DNA from: Eledone cirrhosa
Taxonomy: Eukaryota
Direction of reading: 5' to 3'
Length of the DNA stretch: 64,000 nucleotides
NCBI GenBank assembly: GCA_964016885.1
Contig: OZ024741.1
Location: 410,936,001 to 411,000,000 of the forward strand
A model generated the notes under the pieces. It was not told the origin of the DNA, ran no database searches, and saw only the letters and a program-made list of their open reading frames with translations. Positions 1 through 12,629 of the stretch are shown one piece after another. The stretch's first letter is position 1. Every line of letters starts with the position of its first letter. The position numbers and the translations under genes are program-made.

Positions 1-1279
1 TTTTAAAGGATGCAGTGTCTCGGCAGCTAACAACTGATGCAGGTAGTTTGTTCCATGGAGGTTTTAAAGGATGCAGTGTCTTGACAGCTAACAACTGATG
101 CAGGTAGTTTGTTCCATGGAGGTTTTAAAGGATGCAGTGTCTTGACAGCTAATAACTGATGCAGGTAGTTTGTTCCATGGAGGTTTTAAAGGATGCAGTG
201 TCTCGACAGCTAACAACTCATGCAGGTAGTTTGTTCCATGGAGGTTTTAAAGGATGCAGTGTCTTGACAGCTAACTACTGATGCAGGTAGTTTGTTCCAT
301 AGAGGTTTTAAAGGATGCAGTGTCTCGGCAGCTAACAACTGATGCAGGTAGTTTGTTCCATAGAGGTTTTAAAGGATGCAGTGTCTCGACAGCTAACAAC
401 TGATGCAGGTAGTTTGTTCCATGGAGGTTTTAAAGGAGGCAGTGTCTCGGCAGCTAACAACTGATGCAGGTAGTTTGTTCCATGGAGGTTTTAAAGGATG
501 CAGTGTCTCGGCAGCTAACAACTGATGCAGGTAGTTCGCTCCATAGAGGTTTTAAAGGAGGCAGTGTCTCGGCAGCTAACAACTGATGCAGGTAGTTTGT
601 TCCCTGGAGGTTTTAAAGGATGCAGTGTCTTGACAGCTAACAACTGATGCAGGTAGTTTGTTCCATGGAGGTTTTAAAGGATGCAGTGTCTTGACAGCTA
701 ATAACTGATGCAGGTAGTTTGTTCCATGGAGGTTTTAAGGGATGCAGTGTCTTGACAGCTAATAACTGATGCAGGTAGTTTGTTCCATCGAGGTTTTAAA
801 GGATGCAGTGTCTCGACAGCTAACAACTGATGCAGGTAGTTTGTTCCATGGAGGTTTAAAAAGATGCAGTGTCTCGACAGCTAACAACTGATGCAGGTAG
901 TTTGTTCCATGGAGGTTTTAAAAGATGTAGTGTCTCGACAGCTAACAACTGACGCAGGTAGTTTGTTCCATGGAGGTTTTAAAGTATGCAGTGTCTCGAC
1001 AGCTAACAACTGATGCAGGTAGTTTGTTCCATGGAGGTTTTAAAGGATGCAGTGTCTCGGCAGCTAACAACTGATGCAGGTAGTTTGCTCCATGGAGGTT
1101 TTAAAGGATGCAGTGTCTCGGCAGCTAACAACTGATGCACGTAGTTTGTTCCATGGAGGTTTTAAAGGATGCAGTGTCTCGACAGCTAACAACTGATACA
1201 GGTAGTTTGTTCCATGGAGGTTTTAAAGGAGGCAGTGTCTCGGCAGTTAACAACTGATGCAGGTAGTTTGTTCCATGGA

Positions 1280-4200
1280 GGTTTTAAAGGATGCAGTGTC
1301 TCGGCAACTAACAACTGATGCAGGTAGTTTGTTCCATGGAGGTTTTAAAGGATGCAGTGTCTCGGCAGCTAACAACTGATGCAGGTAGTTTGTTCCATGG
1401 AGGTTTTAAAGGATGCAGTGTCTTGACAGCTAACAACTGATGCAGGTAGTTTCTTCCATGGAGGTTTTAAAGGATGCAGTGTCTTGACAGCTAACAACTG
1501 ATGCAGGTAGTTTGTTCCATAGAGGTTTTAAAGGATGCAGTGTCTCGGCAGCTAACAACTGATGCAGGTAGTTTGTTCCATAGAGGATTTAAAGGATGCA
1601 GTGTCTCGACAGCTAACAACTGATGCAGGTAGTTTGTTCCATAGAGGTTTTAAAGGATGCAGTGTCTCGGCAGCTAACAACTGATGCAGGTAGTTTGTTC
1701 CATAGAGGTTTTAAAGGATGCAGTGTCACGACAGCTAACAACTGATGCAGGTAGTTTGTTCCATGGAGGTTTTAAAGGAGGCAGTGTCACAGCAGCTAAC
1801 AACTGATGCAGGTAGTTTGTTCCATGGAGGTTTTAAAGGATGCAGTGTCTCGGCAGCTAACAACTGATGCAGGTAGTTTGCTCCATGGAGGTTTTAAAGG
1901 AGGCAGTGTCTCGACAGCTAACAACTGATGCAGGTAGTTTGTTCCATGGAGGTTTTAAAGGATGCAGTGTCTCGGCAGCTAACAACTGATGCAGGTAGTT
2001 TGTTCCATGGAGGTTTTAAAGGATGCAGTGTCTTGACAGCTAATAACTGATGCAGGTAGTTTGTTCCATGGAGGTTTTAAAGGATGCAGTGTCTCGACAG
2101 CTAACAACTGATGCAGGTAGTTTGTTCCATGGAGGTTTTAAAGGAGGCAGTGTCTCGGCAGCTAACAACTGATGCAGGTAGTTTGTTCCATGGAGGTTTT
2201 AAAGGATGCAGTGTCTCGACAGCTAACAACTGATGCAGGTAGTTTGTTCCATGGAGGTTTTAAAGGATGCAGTGTCTCGACAGCTAACTACTGATGCAGG
2301 TAGTTTGTTCCATAGAGGTTTTAAAGGATGCAGTGTCTCGGCAGCTAACAACTGATGCAGGTAGTTTGTTCCATAGAGGTTTTAAAGGATGCAGTGTCTC
2401 GACAGCTAACAACTGATGCAGGTAGTTTGTTCCATGGAGGTTTTAAAGGAGGCAGTGTCTCGGCAGCTAACAACTGATGCAGGTAGTTTGTTCCATGGAG
2501 GTTTTAAAGGATGCAGTGTCTCGGCAGCTAACAACTGATGCAGGTAGTTTGCTCCATAGAGGTTTTAAAGGAGGCAGTGTCTCGGCAGCTAACAACTGAT
2601 GCAGGTAGTTTGTTCCATGGAGGTTTTAAAAGATGTAGTGTCTCGACAGCTAACAACTGATGCAGGTAGTTTGCTCCATGGAGGTTTTAAAGGAGGCAGT
2701 GTCTCGACAGCTAACAACTGATGCAGGTAGTTTGTTCCATGGAGGTTTTAAAGGAGGCAGTGTCTCGGCAGCTAACAACTGATGCAGGTAGTTTGTTCCA
2801 TGGAGGTTTTAAAGGATGCAGTGTCTCGGCAGCTAACAACTGATGCAGGTAGTTTGTTCCATGGAGGTTTTAAAGGATGCAGTGTCTCGGCAGCTAACAA
2901 CTGATGCAGGTAGTTTGTTCCATGGAGGTTTTAAAGGATGCAGTGTCTCGACAGCTAACAACTGATGCAGGTAGTTTGTTCCATGGAAGTTTTAAAGGAG
3001 GCAGTGTCTCGGCAGCTAACAACTGATGCAGGTAGTTTGTTCCATGGAGGTTTTAAAGGATGCAGTGTCTCGGCAACTAACAACTGATGCAGGTAGTTTG
3101 TGCCATGGAGGTTTTAAAGGATGCAGTGTCTCGGCAGCTAACAACTGATGCAGGTAGTTTGTTCCATGGAGGTTTTAAAGGATGCAGTGTCTTGACAGCT
3201 AACAACTGATGCAGGTAGTTTCTTCCATGGAGGTTTTAAAGGATGCAGTGTCTCGACAGCTAATAACTGATGCAGGTAGTTTGTTCCATGGAGGTTTAAA
3301 AGGATGCAGTGTCTCGACAGCTAGCAACTGATGCAGGTAGTTTGTTCCATGGAGGTTTTAAAGGATGCAGTGTCTCGACAGCTAACAACTGATGCATTTA
3401 GTTTGTTCCATGGAGGTTTTAAAGGATGCAGTGTCTCGACAGCTAACAACTGATGCAGGTAGTTTGTTCCATGGAGGTTTTAAAGGATGCAGTGTCTCGA
3501 CAGCTAACAACTGATGCAGGTAGTTTGTTCCATGGAGGTTTTAAAGTAAGCAGTGTCTCGACAGCTAACAACTGATGCAGGTAGTTTGTTCCATGGAGGT
3601 TTTAAAGGATGCAGTGTCTTGACAGCTAATAACTGATGCAGGTAGTTTGTTCCATGGAGGTTTTAAGGGATGCAGTGTCTTGACAGCTAATAACTGATGC
3701 AGGTAGTTTGTTCCATGGAGGTTTTAAAGGATGCAGTGTCTCGACAGCTAACAACTGATGCAGGTAGTTTGTTCCATGGAGGTTTTAAAAGATGCAGTGT
3801 CTCGACAGCTAACAACTGATGCAGGTAGTTTGTTCCATGGAGGTTTTAAAGGGTGCAGTGTCTCCACAGCTAACAACTGATGCAGGTAGTTTGTTCCATG
3901 GAGGTTTTAAAGGATGCAGTGTCTTGACAGCTAATAACTGATGCAGGTAGTTTGTTCCATGGAGGTTTTAAAGGATGTAGTGTCTCGACAGCTAACAACT
4001 GACGCAGGTAGTTTGTTCCATGGATGTTTTAAAGGATGCAGTGTCTCGACAGCTAACAACTGATGCAGGTAGTTTGTTCCATGGAGGTTTTAAAGGATGC
4101 AGTGTCTTGACAGCTAATAACTGATGCAGGTAGTTTGTTCCATGGAGGTTTTAAGGGATGCAGTGTCTTGACAGCTAATAACTGATGCAGATAGTTTGTT

Positions 4201-6990
4201 CCATGGAGGTTTTAAAGAATGCAGTGTCTTGACAGCTAACTACTGATGCAGGTAGTTTGTTCCATAGAGGTTTTAAAGGATGCAGTGTCTCGGCAGCTAA
4301 CAACTGATGCAGGTAGTTTGTTCCATGGAGGTTTTAAAGGATGCAGTGTCTTGACAGCTAACAACTGATGCAGGTAGTTTCTTCCATGGAGGTTTTAAAG
4401 GATGCAGTGTCTTGACAGCTAACAACTGATGCAGGTAGTTTGTTCCATAGAGGTTTTAAAGGATGCAGTGTCTCGGCAGCTAACAACTGATGCAGGTAGT
4501 TTGTTCCATAGAGGTTTTAAAGGATGCAGTGTCTCGACAGCTAACAACTGATGCAGGTAGTTTGTTCCATAGAGGTTTTAAAGGATGCAGTGTCTCGGCA
4601 GCTAACAACTGATGCAGGTAGTTTGTTCCATAGAGGTTTTAAAGGATGCAGTGTCACGACAGCTAAAAACTGATGCAGGTAGTTTGTTCCATGGAGGTTT
4701 TAAAGGAGGCAGTGTCACAGCAGCTAACAACTGATGCAGGTAGTTTGTTCCATGGAGGTTTTAAAGGATGCAGTGTCTCGGCAGCTAACAACTGATGCAG
4801 GTAGTTTGCTCCATGGAGGTTTTAAAGGAGGCAGTGTCTCGACAGCTAACAACTGATGCAGGTAGTTTGTTCCATGGAGGTTTTAAAGGAGGCAGTGTCT
4901 CGGCAGCTAACAACTGATGCAGGTAGTTTGTTCCATGGAGGTTTTAAAGGATGCAGTGTCTCGACAGCTAACAACTGATGCAGGTAGTTTGTTCCATGGA
5001 GGTTTTAAAGGATGCAGTGTCTCGACAGCTAACTACTGATGCAGGTAGTTTGTTCCATAGAGGTTTTAAAGGATGCAGTGTCTCGGCAGCTAACAACTGA
5101 TGCAGGTAGTTTGTTCCATAGAGGTTTTAAAGGATGCAGTGTCTCGACAGCTAACAACTGATGCAGGTAGTTTGTTCCATGGAGGTTTTAAAGGAGGCAG
5201 TGTCTCGGCAGCTAACAACTGATGCAGGTAGTTTGTTCCATGGAGGTTTTAAAGGATGCAGTGTCTCGGCAGCTAACAACTGATGCAGGTAGTTTGCTCC
5301 ATAGAGGTTTTAAAGGAGGCAGTGTCTCGGCAGCTAACAACTGATGCAGGTAGTTTGTTCCATGGAGGTTTTAAAAGATGTAGTGTCTCGACAGCTAACA
5401 ACTGATGCAGGTAGTTTGCTCCATGGAGGTTTTAAAGGAGGCAGTGTCTCGACAGCTAACAACTGATGCAGGTAGTTTGTTCCATGGAGGTTTTAAAGGA
5501 GGCAGTGTCTCGGCAGCTAACAACTGATGCAGGTAGTTTGTTCCATGGAGGTTTTAAAGGATGCAGTGTCTCGGCAGCTAACAACTGATGCAGGTAGTTT
5601 GTTCCATGGAGGTTTTAAAGGATGCAGTGTCTCGGCAGCTAACAACTGATGCAGGTAGTTTGTTCCATGGAGGTTTTAAAGGATGCAGTGTCTCGACAGC
5701 TAACAACTGATGCAGGTAGTTTGTTCCATGGAGGTTTTAAAGGAGGCAGTGTCTCGGCAGCTAACAACTGATGCAGGTAGTTTGTTCCATGGAGGTTTTA
5801 AAGGATGCAGTGTCTCGGCAACTAACAACTGATGCAGGTAGTTTGTGCCATGGAGGTTTTAAAGGATGCAGTGTCTCGGCAGCTAACAACTGATGCAGGT
5901 AGTTTGTTCCATGGAGGTTTTAAAGGATGCAGTGTCTTGACAGCTAACAACTGATGCAGGTAGTTTCTTCCATGGAGGTTTTAAAGGATGCAGTGTCTCG
6001 ACAGCTAATAACTGATGCAGGTAGTTTGTTCCATGGAGGTTTTAAAGGATGCAGTGTCTCGACAGCTAGCAACTGATGCAGGTAGTTTGTTCCATGGAGG
6101 TTTTAAAGGATGCAGTGTCTCGACAGCTAACAACTGATGCATTTAGTTTGTTCCATGGAGGTTTTAAAGGATGCAGTGTCTCGACAGCTAACAACTGATG
6201 CAGGTAGTTTGTTCCATGGAGGTTTTAAAGGATGCAGTGTCTCGACAGCTAACAACTGATGCAGGTAGTTTGTTCCATGGAGGTTTTAAAGTAAGCAGTG
6301 TCTCGACAGCTAACAACTGATGCAGGTAGTTTGTTCCATGGAGGTTTTAAAGGATGCAGTGTCTTGACAGCTAATAACTGATGCAGGTAGTTTGTTCCAT
6401 GGAGGTTTTAAGGGATGCAGTGTCTTGACAGCTAATAACTGATGCAGGTAGTTTGTTCCATGGAGGTTTTAAAGGATGCAGTGTCTCGACAGCTAACAAC
6501 TGATGCAGGTAGTTTGTTCCATGGAGGTTTTAAAAGATGCAGTGTCTCCACAGCTAACAACTGATGCAGGTAGTTTGTTCCATGGAGGTTTTAAAGGGTG
6601 CAGTGTCTCCACAGCTAACAACTGATGCAGGTAGTTTGTTCCATGGAGGTTTTAAAGGATGCAGTGTCTTGACAGCTAATAACTGATGCAGGTAGTTTGT
6701 TCCATGGAGGTTTTAAAGGATGTAGTGTCTCGACAGCTAACAACTGACGCAGGTAGTTTGTTCCATGGATGTTTTAAAGGATGCAGTGTCTCGACAGCTA
6801 ACAACTGATGCAGGTAGTTTGTTCCATGGAGGTTTTAAAGGATGCAGTGTCTTGACAGCTAATAACTGATGCAGGTAGTTTGTTCCATGGAGGTTTTAAG
6901 GGATGCAGTGTCTTGACAGCTAATAACTGATGCAGATAGTTTGTTCCATGGAGGTTTTAAAGAATGCAGTGTCTCGACAGCTAACAACTG
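1280..6990. repeat. Tandem block duplication of about 48 monomers; the second copy lacks 3 monomers
   Basis: GTCACGAC monomers start at 1709 and 4637 (2928 = 48x61). AAAGGGTGCAG monomers start at 3844 and 6589 (2745 = 45x61). Variant order is collinear. Confidence 0.85.
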
Positions 6991-9900
6991 ATGCAGGTGG
7001 TTTGTTCCATGGAGGTTTTAAAGGAGGCAGTGTCTCGGCAGCTAATAACTAATGCAGGTAGCTTGTTCCATGGAGGTTTTAAAGGAGGCAGTGTCTCGGC
7101 AGCTAACAACTGATGGAGGTAGTTTGTTCCATGGAGGTTTTAAAGGATGCAGTGTCTCGACAGCTAACAACTGATGCAGGGTGTTTGTTCCATGGAGGTT
7201 TTAATGGATGCAGTGTCTTGGCAGCTAACAACTGATGCAGGTAGTTTGTTCCATGGAGGTTTTAAAGTAAGCAGTGTCTCGACAGCTAACAACTGATGCA
7301 GGTAGTTTGTTCCATGGAGGTTTTAAAGGATGCAGTGTCTTGACAGCTAATAACTGATGCAGGTAGTTTGTTCCATGGAGGTTTTAAGGGATGCAGTGTC
7401 TTGACAGCTAATAACTGATGCAGGTAGTTTGTTCCATGGAGGTTTTAAAGGATGCAGTGTCTCGACAGCTAACAACTGATGCAGGTAGTTTGTTCCATGG
7501 AGGTTTTAAAAGATGCAGTGTCTCGACAGCTAACAACTGATGCAGGTAGTTTGTTCCATGGAGGTTTTAAAAGATGAGGTGTTTCGACAGCTAACAACTG
7601 ACGCAGGTAGTTTGTTCCATGGGGGTTTTAAAGGATGCAGTGTCTCGACAGCTAACAACTGATGCAGGTAGTTTGTTCCATGGAGGTTTTAAAGGAGGCA
7701 GTGTCTCGGCAGCTAACAACTGATGCAGGTAGTTTGTTCCATGGAGGTTTTAAAGGATGCAGTGTCTTGACAGCTATCAACTGATGCAGGTAGTTTGTTC
7801 CATGGAGGTTTTAAAGGATGCAGTGTCTCGACAGCTAACAACTGATGCAGGTAGTTTGTTCCATGGAGGTTTTAAAGGAGGCAGTGTCTTGACAGCTAAC
7901 AACTGATGCAGGTAGTTTGTTCGGTGGAGGTTTTAAAGGAGGCAGTGTCTCGGCAACTAACAACTGATGCAGGTAGTTTGTTCCATGGAGGTTTTAAAGG
8001 ATGCAGTGTCTCGGCAGCTAACAACTGATGCAGGTAGTTTGTTCCATGGAGGTTTTAAAGGATGCAGTGTCTCGACAGCTAACAACTGATGCAGGTAGTT
8101 TGTTCCATGGAGGTTTTAAAGGAGGCAGTGTCTCGGCAGCTAACAACTGATGCAGGTAGTTTGTTCCATGGAGGTTTTAAAGGATGCAGTGTCTCGGCAG
8201 CTAACAACTGATGCAGGTAGTTTGCTCCATAGAGGTTTTAAAGGAGGCAGTGTCTCGGCAGCTAACAACTGATGCAGGTAGTTTGTTCCATGGAGGTTTT
8301 AAAGGATGCAGTGTCTTGACAGCTAACAACTGATGCAGGTAGTTTGTTCCATGGAGGTTTTAAAGGATGCAGTGTCTTGACAGCTAATAACTGATGCAGG
8401 TAGTTTGTTCCATGGAGGTTTTAAGGGATGCAGTGTCTTGACAGCTAATAACTGATGCAGGTAGTTTGTTCCATCGAGGTTTTAAAGGATGCAGTGTCTT
8501 GACAGCTAACAACTGATGCAGGTAGTTTGTTCGATGGAGGTTTAAAAAGATGCCGTGTCTCGACAGCTAACAACTGATGCAGGTAGTTTGTTCCATGGAG
8601 GTTTTAAAAGATGTAGTGTCTCGACAGCTAACAACTGACGCAGGTAGTTTGTTCCATGGAGGTTTTAAAGTATGCAGTGTCTCGACAGCTAACAACTGAT
8701 GCAGGTAGTTTGTTCCATGGAGGTTTTAAAGGATGCAGTGTCTCGGCAGCTAACAACTGATGCAGGTAGTTTGTTCCATGGAGGTTTTAAAGGATGCAGT
8801 GTCTCGGCAGCTAACAACTGATGCAGGTAGTTTGTTCCATGGAGGTTTTAAAGGATGCAGTGTCTCGACAGCTAACAACTGATGCAGGTAGTTTGTTCCA
8901 TGGAGGTTTTAAAGGAGGCAGTGTCTCGGCAGCTAACAACTGATGCAGGTAGTTTGTTCCATGGAGGTTTTAAAGGATGCAGTGTCTCGGCAACTAACAA
9001 CTGATGCAGGTAGTTTGTGCCATGGAGGTATTAAAGGATGCAGTGTCTCGGCAGCTAACAACTGATGCAGGTAGTTTGTTCCATGGAGGTTTTAAAGGAT
9101 GCAGTGTCTTGACAGCTAACAACTGATGCAGGTAGTTTCTTCCATGGAGGTTTTAAAGGATGCAGTGTCTCGACAGCTAATAACTGATGCAGGTAGTTTG
9201 TTCCATGGAGGTTTTAAAGGATGCAGTGTCTCGACAGCTAACAACTGATGCAGGTAGTTTGTTCCATGGAGGTTTTAAAGGATGCAGTGTCTCGACAGCT
9301 AACAACTGATGCATTTAGTTTGTTCCATGGAGGTTTTAAAGGATGCAGTGTCTCGACAGCTAACAACTGATGCAGGTAGTTTGTTCCATGGAGGTTTTAA
9401 AGTAAGCAGTGTCTCGACAGCTAACAACTGATGCAGGTAGTTTGTTCCATGGAGGTTTTAAAGGATGCAGTGTCTTGACAGCTAATAACTGATGCAGGTA
9501 GTTTGTTCCATGGAGGTTTTAAGGGATGCAGTGTCTTGACAGCTAATAACTGATGCAGGTAGTTTGTTCCATGGAGGTTTTAAAGGATGCAGTGTCTCGA
9601 CAGCTAACAACTGATGCAGGTAGTTTGTTCCATGGAGGTTTTAAAAGATGCAGTGTCTCGACAGCTAACAACTGATGCAGGTAGTTTGTTCCATGGAGGT
9701 TTTAAAGGATGCAGTGTCTCCACAGCTAACAACTGATGCAGGTAGTTTGTTCCATGGAGGTTTTAAAGGATGCAGTGTCTTGACAGCTAATAACTGATGC
9801 AGGTAGTTTGTTCCATGGAGGTTTTAAAGGATGTAGTGTCTCGACAGCTAACAACTGACGCAGGTAGTTTGTTCCATGGATGTTTTAAAGGATGCAGTGT

Positions 9901-12629
9901 CTCGACAGCTAACAACTGATGCAGGTAGTTTGTTCCATGGAGGTTTTAAAGGATGCAGTGTCTTGACAGCTAATAACTGATGCAGGTAGTTTGTTCCATG
10001 GAGGTTTTAAGGGATGCAGTGTCTTGACAGCTAATAACTGATGCAGATAGTTTGTTCCATGGAGGTTTTAAAGAATGCAGTGTCTCGACAGCTAACAACT
10101 GATGCAGGTGGTTTGTTCCATGGAGGTTTTAAAGGAGGCAGTGTCTCGGCAGCTAATAACTAATGCAGGTAGCTTGTTCCATGGAGGTTTTAAAGGAGGC
10201 AGTGTCTCGGCAGCTAACAACTGATGGAGGTAGTTTGTTCCATGGAGGTTTTAAAGGATGCAGTGTCTCAACAGCTAACAACTGATGCAGGTAGTTTGTT
10301 CCATGGAGGTTTTAAAGGAGGCAGTGTCTCGGCAGCTAACAACTGATGCAGATAGTTTGTTCCATGGAGGTTTTAAAGGATGCAGTGTCTTGACAGCTAA
10401 CAACTGATGCCGGTAGTTTGTTCCATGGAGGTTTTAAAGGATGCAGTGTCTCGACAGCTAACAACTGATGCCGGTAGTTTGTTCCATGGAGGTTTTAAAG
10501 GAGGCAGTGTCTCGGCAGCTAATAACTGATGCAGGTAGCTTGTTCCATGGAGGTTTTAAAGGAGGCAGTGTCTCGGCAGCTAACAACTGATGCAGGTAGT
10601 TTGTTCCATGGAGGTTTTAAAGGATGCAGTGTCTCGACAGCTAACAACTGATGCAGGGTGTTTGTTCCATGGAGGTTTTAAAGGATGCAGTGTCTCGGCA
10701 GCTAACAACTGATGCAGGTAGTTTGTTCTATGGAGGTTTTAAAGGATGCAGTGTCTTGACAGCTAATAACTGATGCAGGTAGTTTGTTCCATGGAGGTTT
10801 TAAGGGATGCAGTGTCTTGACAGCTAATAACTGATGCAGGTAGTTTGTTCCATGGAGGTTTTAAAGGATGCAGTGTCTCGACAGCTAACAACTGGTGCAG
10901 GTAGTTTGTTCCATGGAGGTTTTAAAAGATACAGTGTCTCGACAGCTAACAACTGATGCAGGTAGTTTGTTCCATGGAGGTTTTAAAGGATGCAGTGTCT
11001 CGACAGCTAACAACTGATGCAGGTAGTTTGTTCCATGGAGGTTTTAAAGGATGCAGTGTCTTGACAGCTAATAACTGATGTAGGTAGTTTGTTCCATGGA
11101 GGTTTTAAGGGATGCAGTGTCTTGACAGCTAATAACTGATGCAGGTAGTTTGTTCCATGGAGGTTTTAAAGAATGCAGTGTCTCGACAGCTAACAACTGA
11201 TGCAGGTAGTTTGTTCCATGGAGGTTTTAAAGGATGCAGTGTCTCGACAGCTAATAACTGATGCAGGTAGTTTGTTCCATGGAGGTTTTAAGGGATGCAG
11301 TGTCTTGACAGCTAATAACTGATGCAGGTAGTTTGTTCCATGAAGGTTTTAAAGGATGTAGTGTCTCGACAGCTAACAACTGACGCAGGTAGTTTGTTCC
11401 ATGGAGGTTTTAAAGGATGCAGTGTCTCGACAGCTAGCAACTGATGCAGGTAGTTTGTTCCATCGAGGTTTTAAAGGATGCAGTGTCTCGACAGCTAACA
11501 ACTGATGCAGGTAGTTTGTTCCATGGAGGTTTTAAAGGATGCAGTGTCTCGACAGCTAACAACTGATGCTGGTAGTTTGTTCCATGGAGGTTTTAAAGGA
11601 TGCAGTGTCTTGACAGCTAATAACTGATGCAGGTAGTTTGGTCCATGGAGGTTTTAAAGGATGCAGTGTCTCGACAGCTAACAACTGATGCAGGTAGTTT
11701 GTTCCATGGAGGTTTTAAAGGATGCATTGTCTCGACAGCTAACAACTGATGCAGGTAGTTTGTTCCATTGAGCTTTTAAAGGATGCAGTGTCTTGACAGC
11801 AAATAACTGATGCAGGTAGTTTGTTCCATGGAGGTTTTAAAGGATGTAGTGTCTCGACAGCTAACAACTGATGCAGGTAGTTTGTTCCATGAAGGTTTTA
11901 AAGGATGCAGTGTCTCGGCAGCTAACAACTGATGCAGGTAGTTTGTTCCATGGAGGTTTTAAAGGAGGCAGTGTCTTGACAGCTAACAACTGATGCAGGT
12001 AGTTTATTCCATGGAGGTTTTAAAGGATGCAGTGTCTTGACAGCTAATAACTGATGCAGGTAGTTTGTTCCATGGAGGTTTTAAAGGATGCAGTGTCTCG
12101 GCAGCTAACAACTGATGCAGGTAGTTTGTTCCATGGAGGTTTTAAAGGATGCAGTGTCTTGACAGCTAATAACTGATGCAGGTAGTTTGTTCCATGGAGG
12201 TTTTAAAGGATGCAGTGTCTCGGCAGCTAACAACTGATGCAGGTAGTTTGTTCCATGGAGGTTTTAAAGGAGGCAGTGTCTCGGCAGCTAACAACTGATG
12301 CAGGTAGTTTGTTCCATGGAGGTTTTAAAGGATGCAGTGTCTCGGCAGCTAACAACTGATGCAGGTAGTTTGTTCCATTGAGGTTTTAAAGGATGCAGTG
12401 TCTTGACAGCTATCAACTGATGCAGGTAGTTTGTTCCATGGAGGTTTTAAAGGATGCAGTGTCTTGACAGCTAATAACTGATGCAGGTAGTTTGTTCCAT
12501 GGAGGTTTTAAAGGATGCAGTGTCTCGACAGCTAACAACTGATGCAGGTAGTTTGTTCCATGGAGGTTTTAAAGGATGCAGTGTCTTGACAGCTAATAAC
12601 TGATGCGGGTAGTTTGTTCCATGGAGGTT

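Noticed and set aside
40-47. CAGGTAGT resembling a splice donor
   Set aside because: Short imperfect match with no exon structure or acceptor context.
1-61. Tandem tRNA, 5S, spliced-leader or other ncRNA gene array
   Set aside because: No cloverleaf, no convincing Pol III A/B boxes and no recognisable RNA family. An Rfam/Infernal search would be decisive.
142-155. TTGACA (-35-like) followed by TAATAA, and GGAGG (Shine-Dalgarno-like) elsewhere in the monomer
   Set aside because: The hexamers are 2 bp apart rather than about 17, TTGACA is only a C-to-T variant, and there is no downstream gene.
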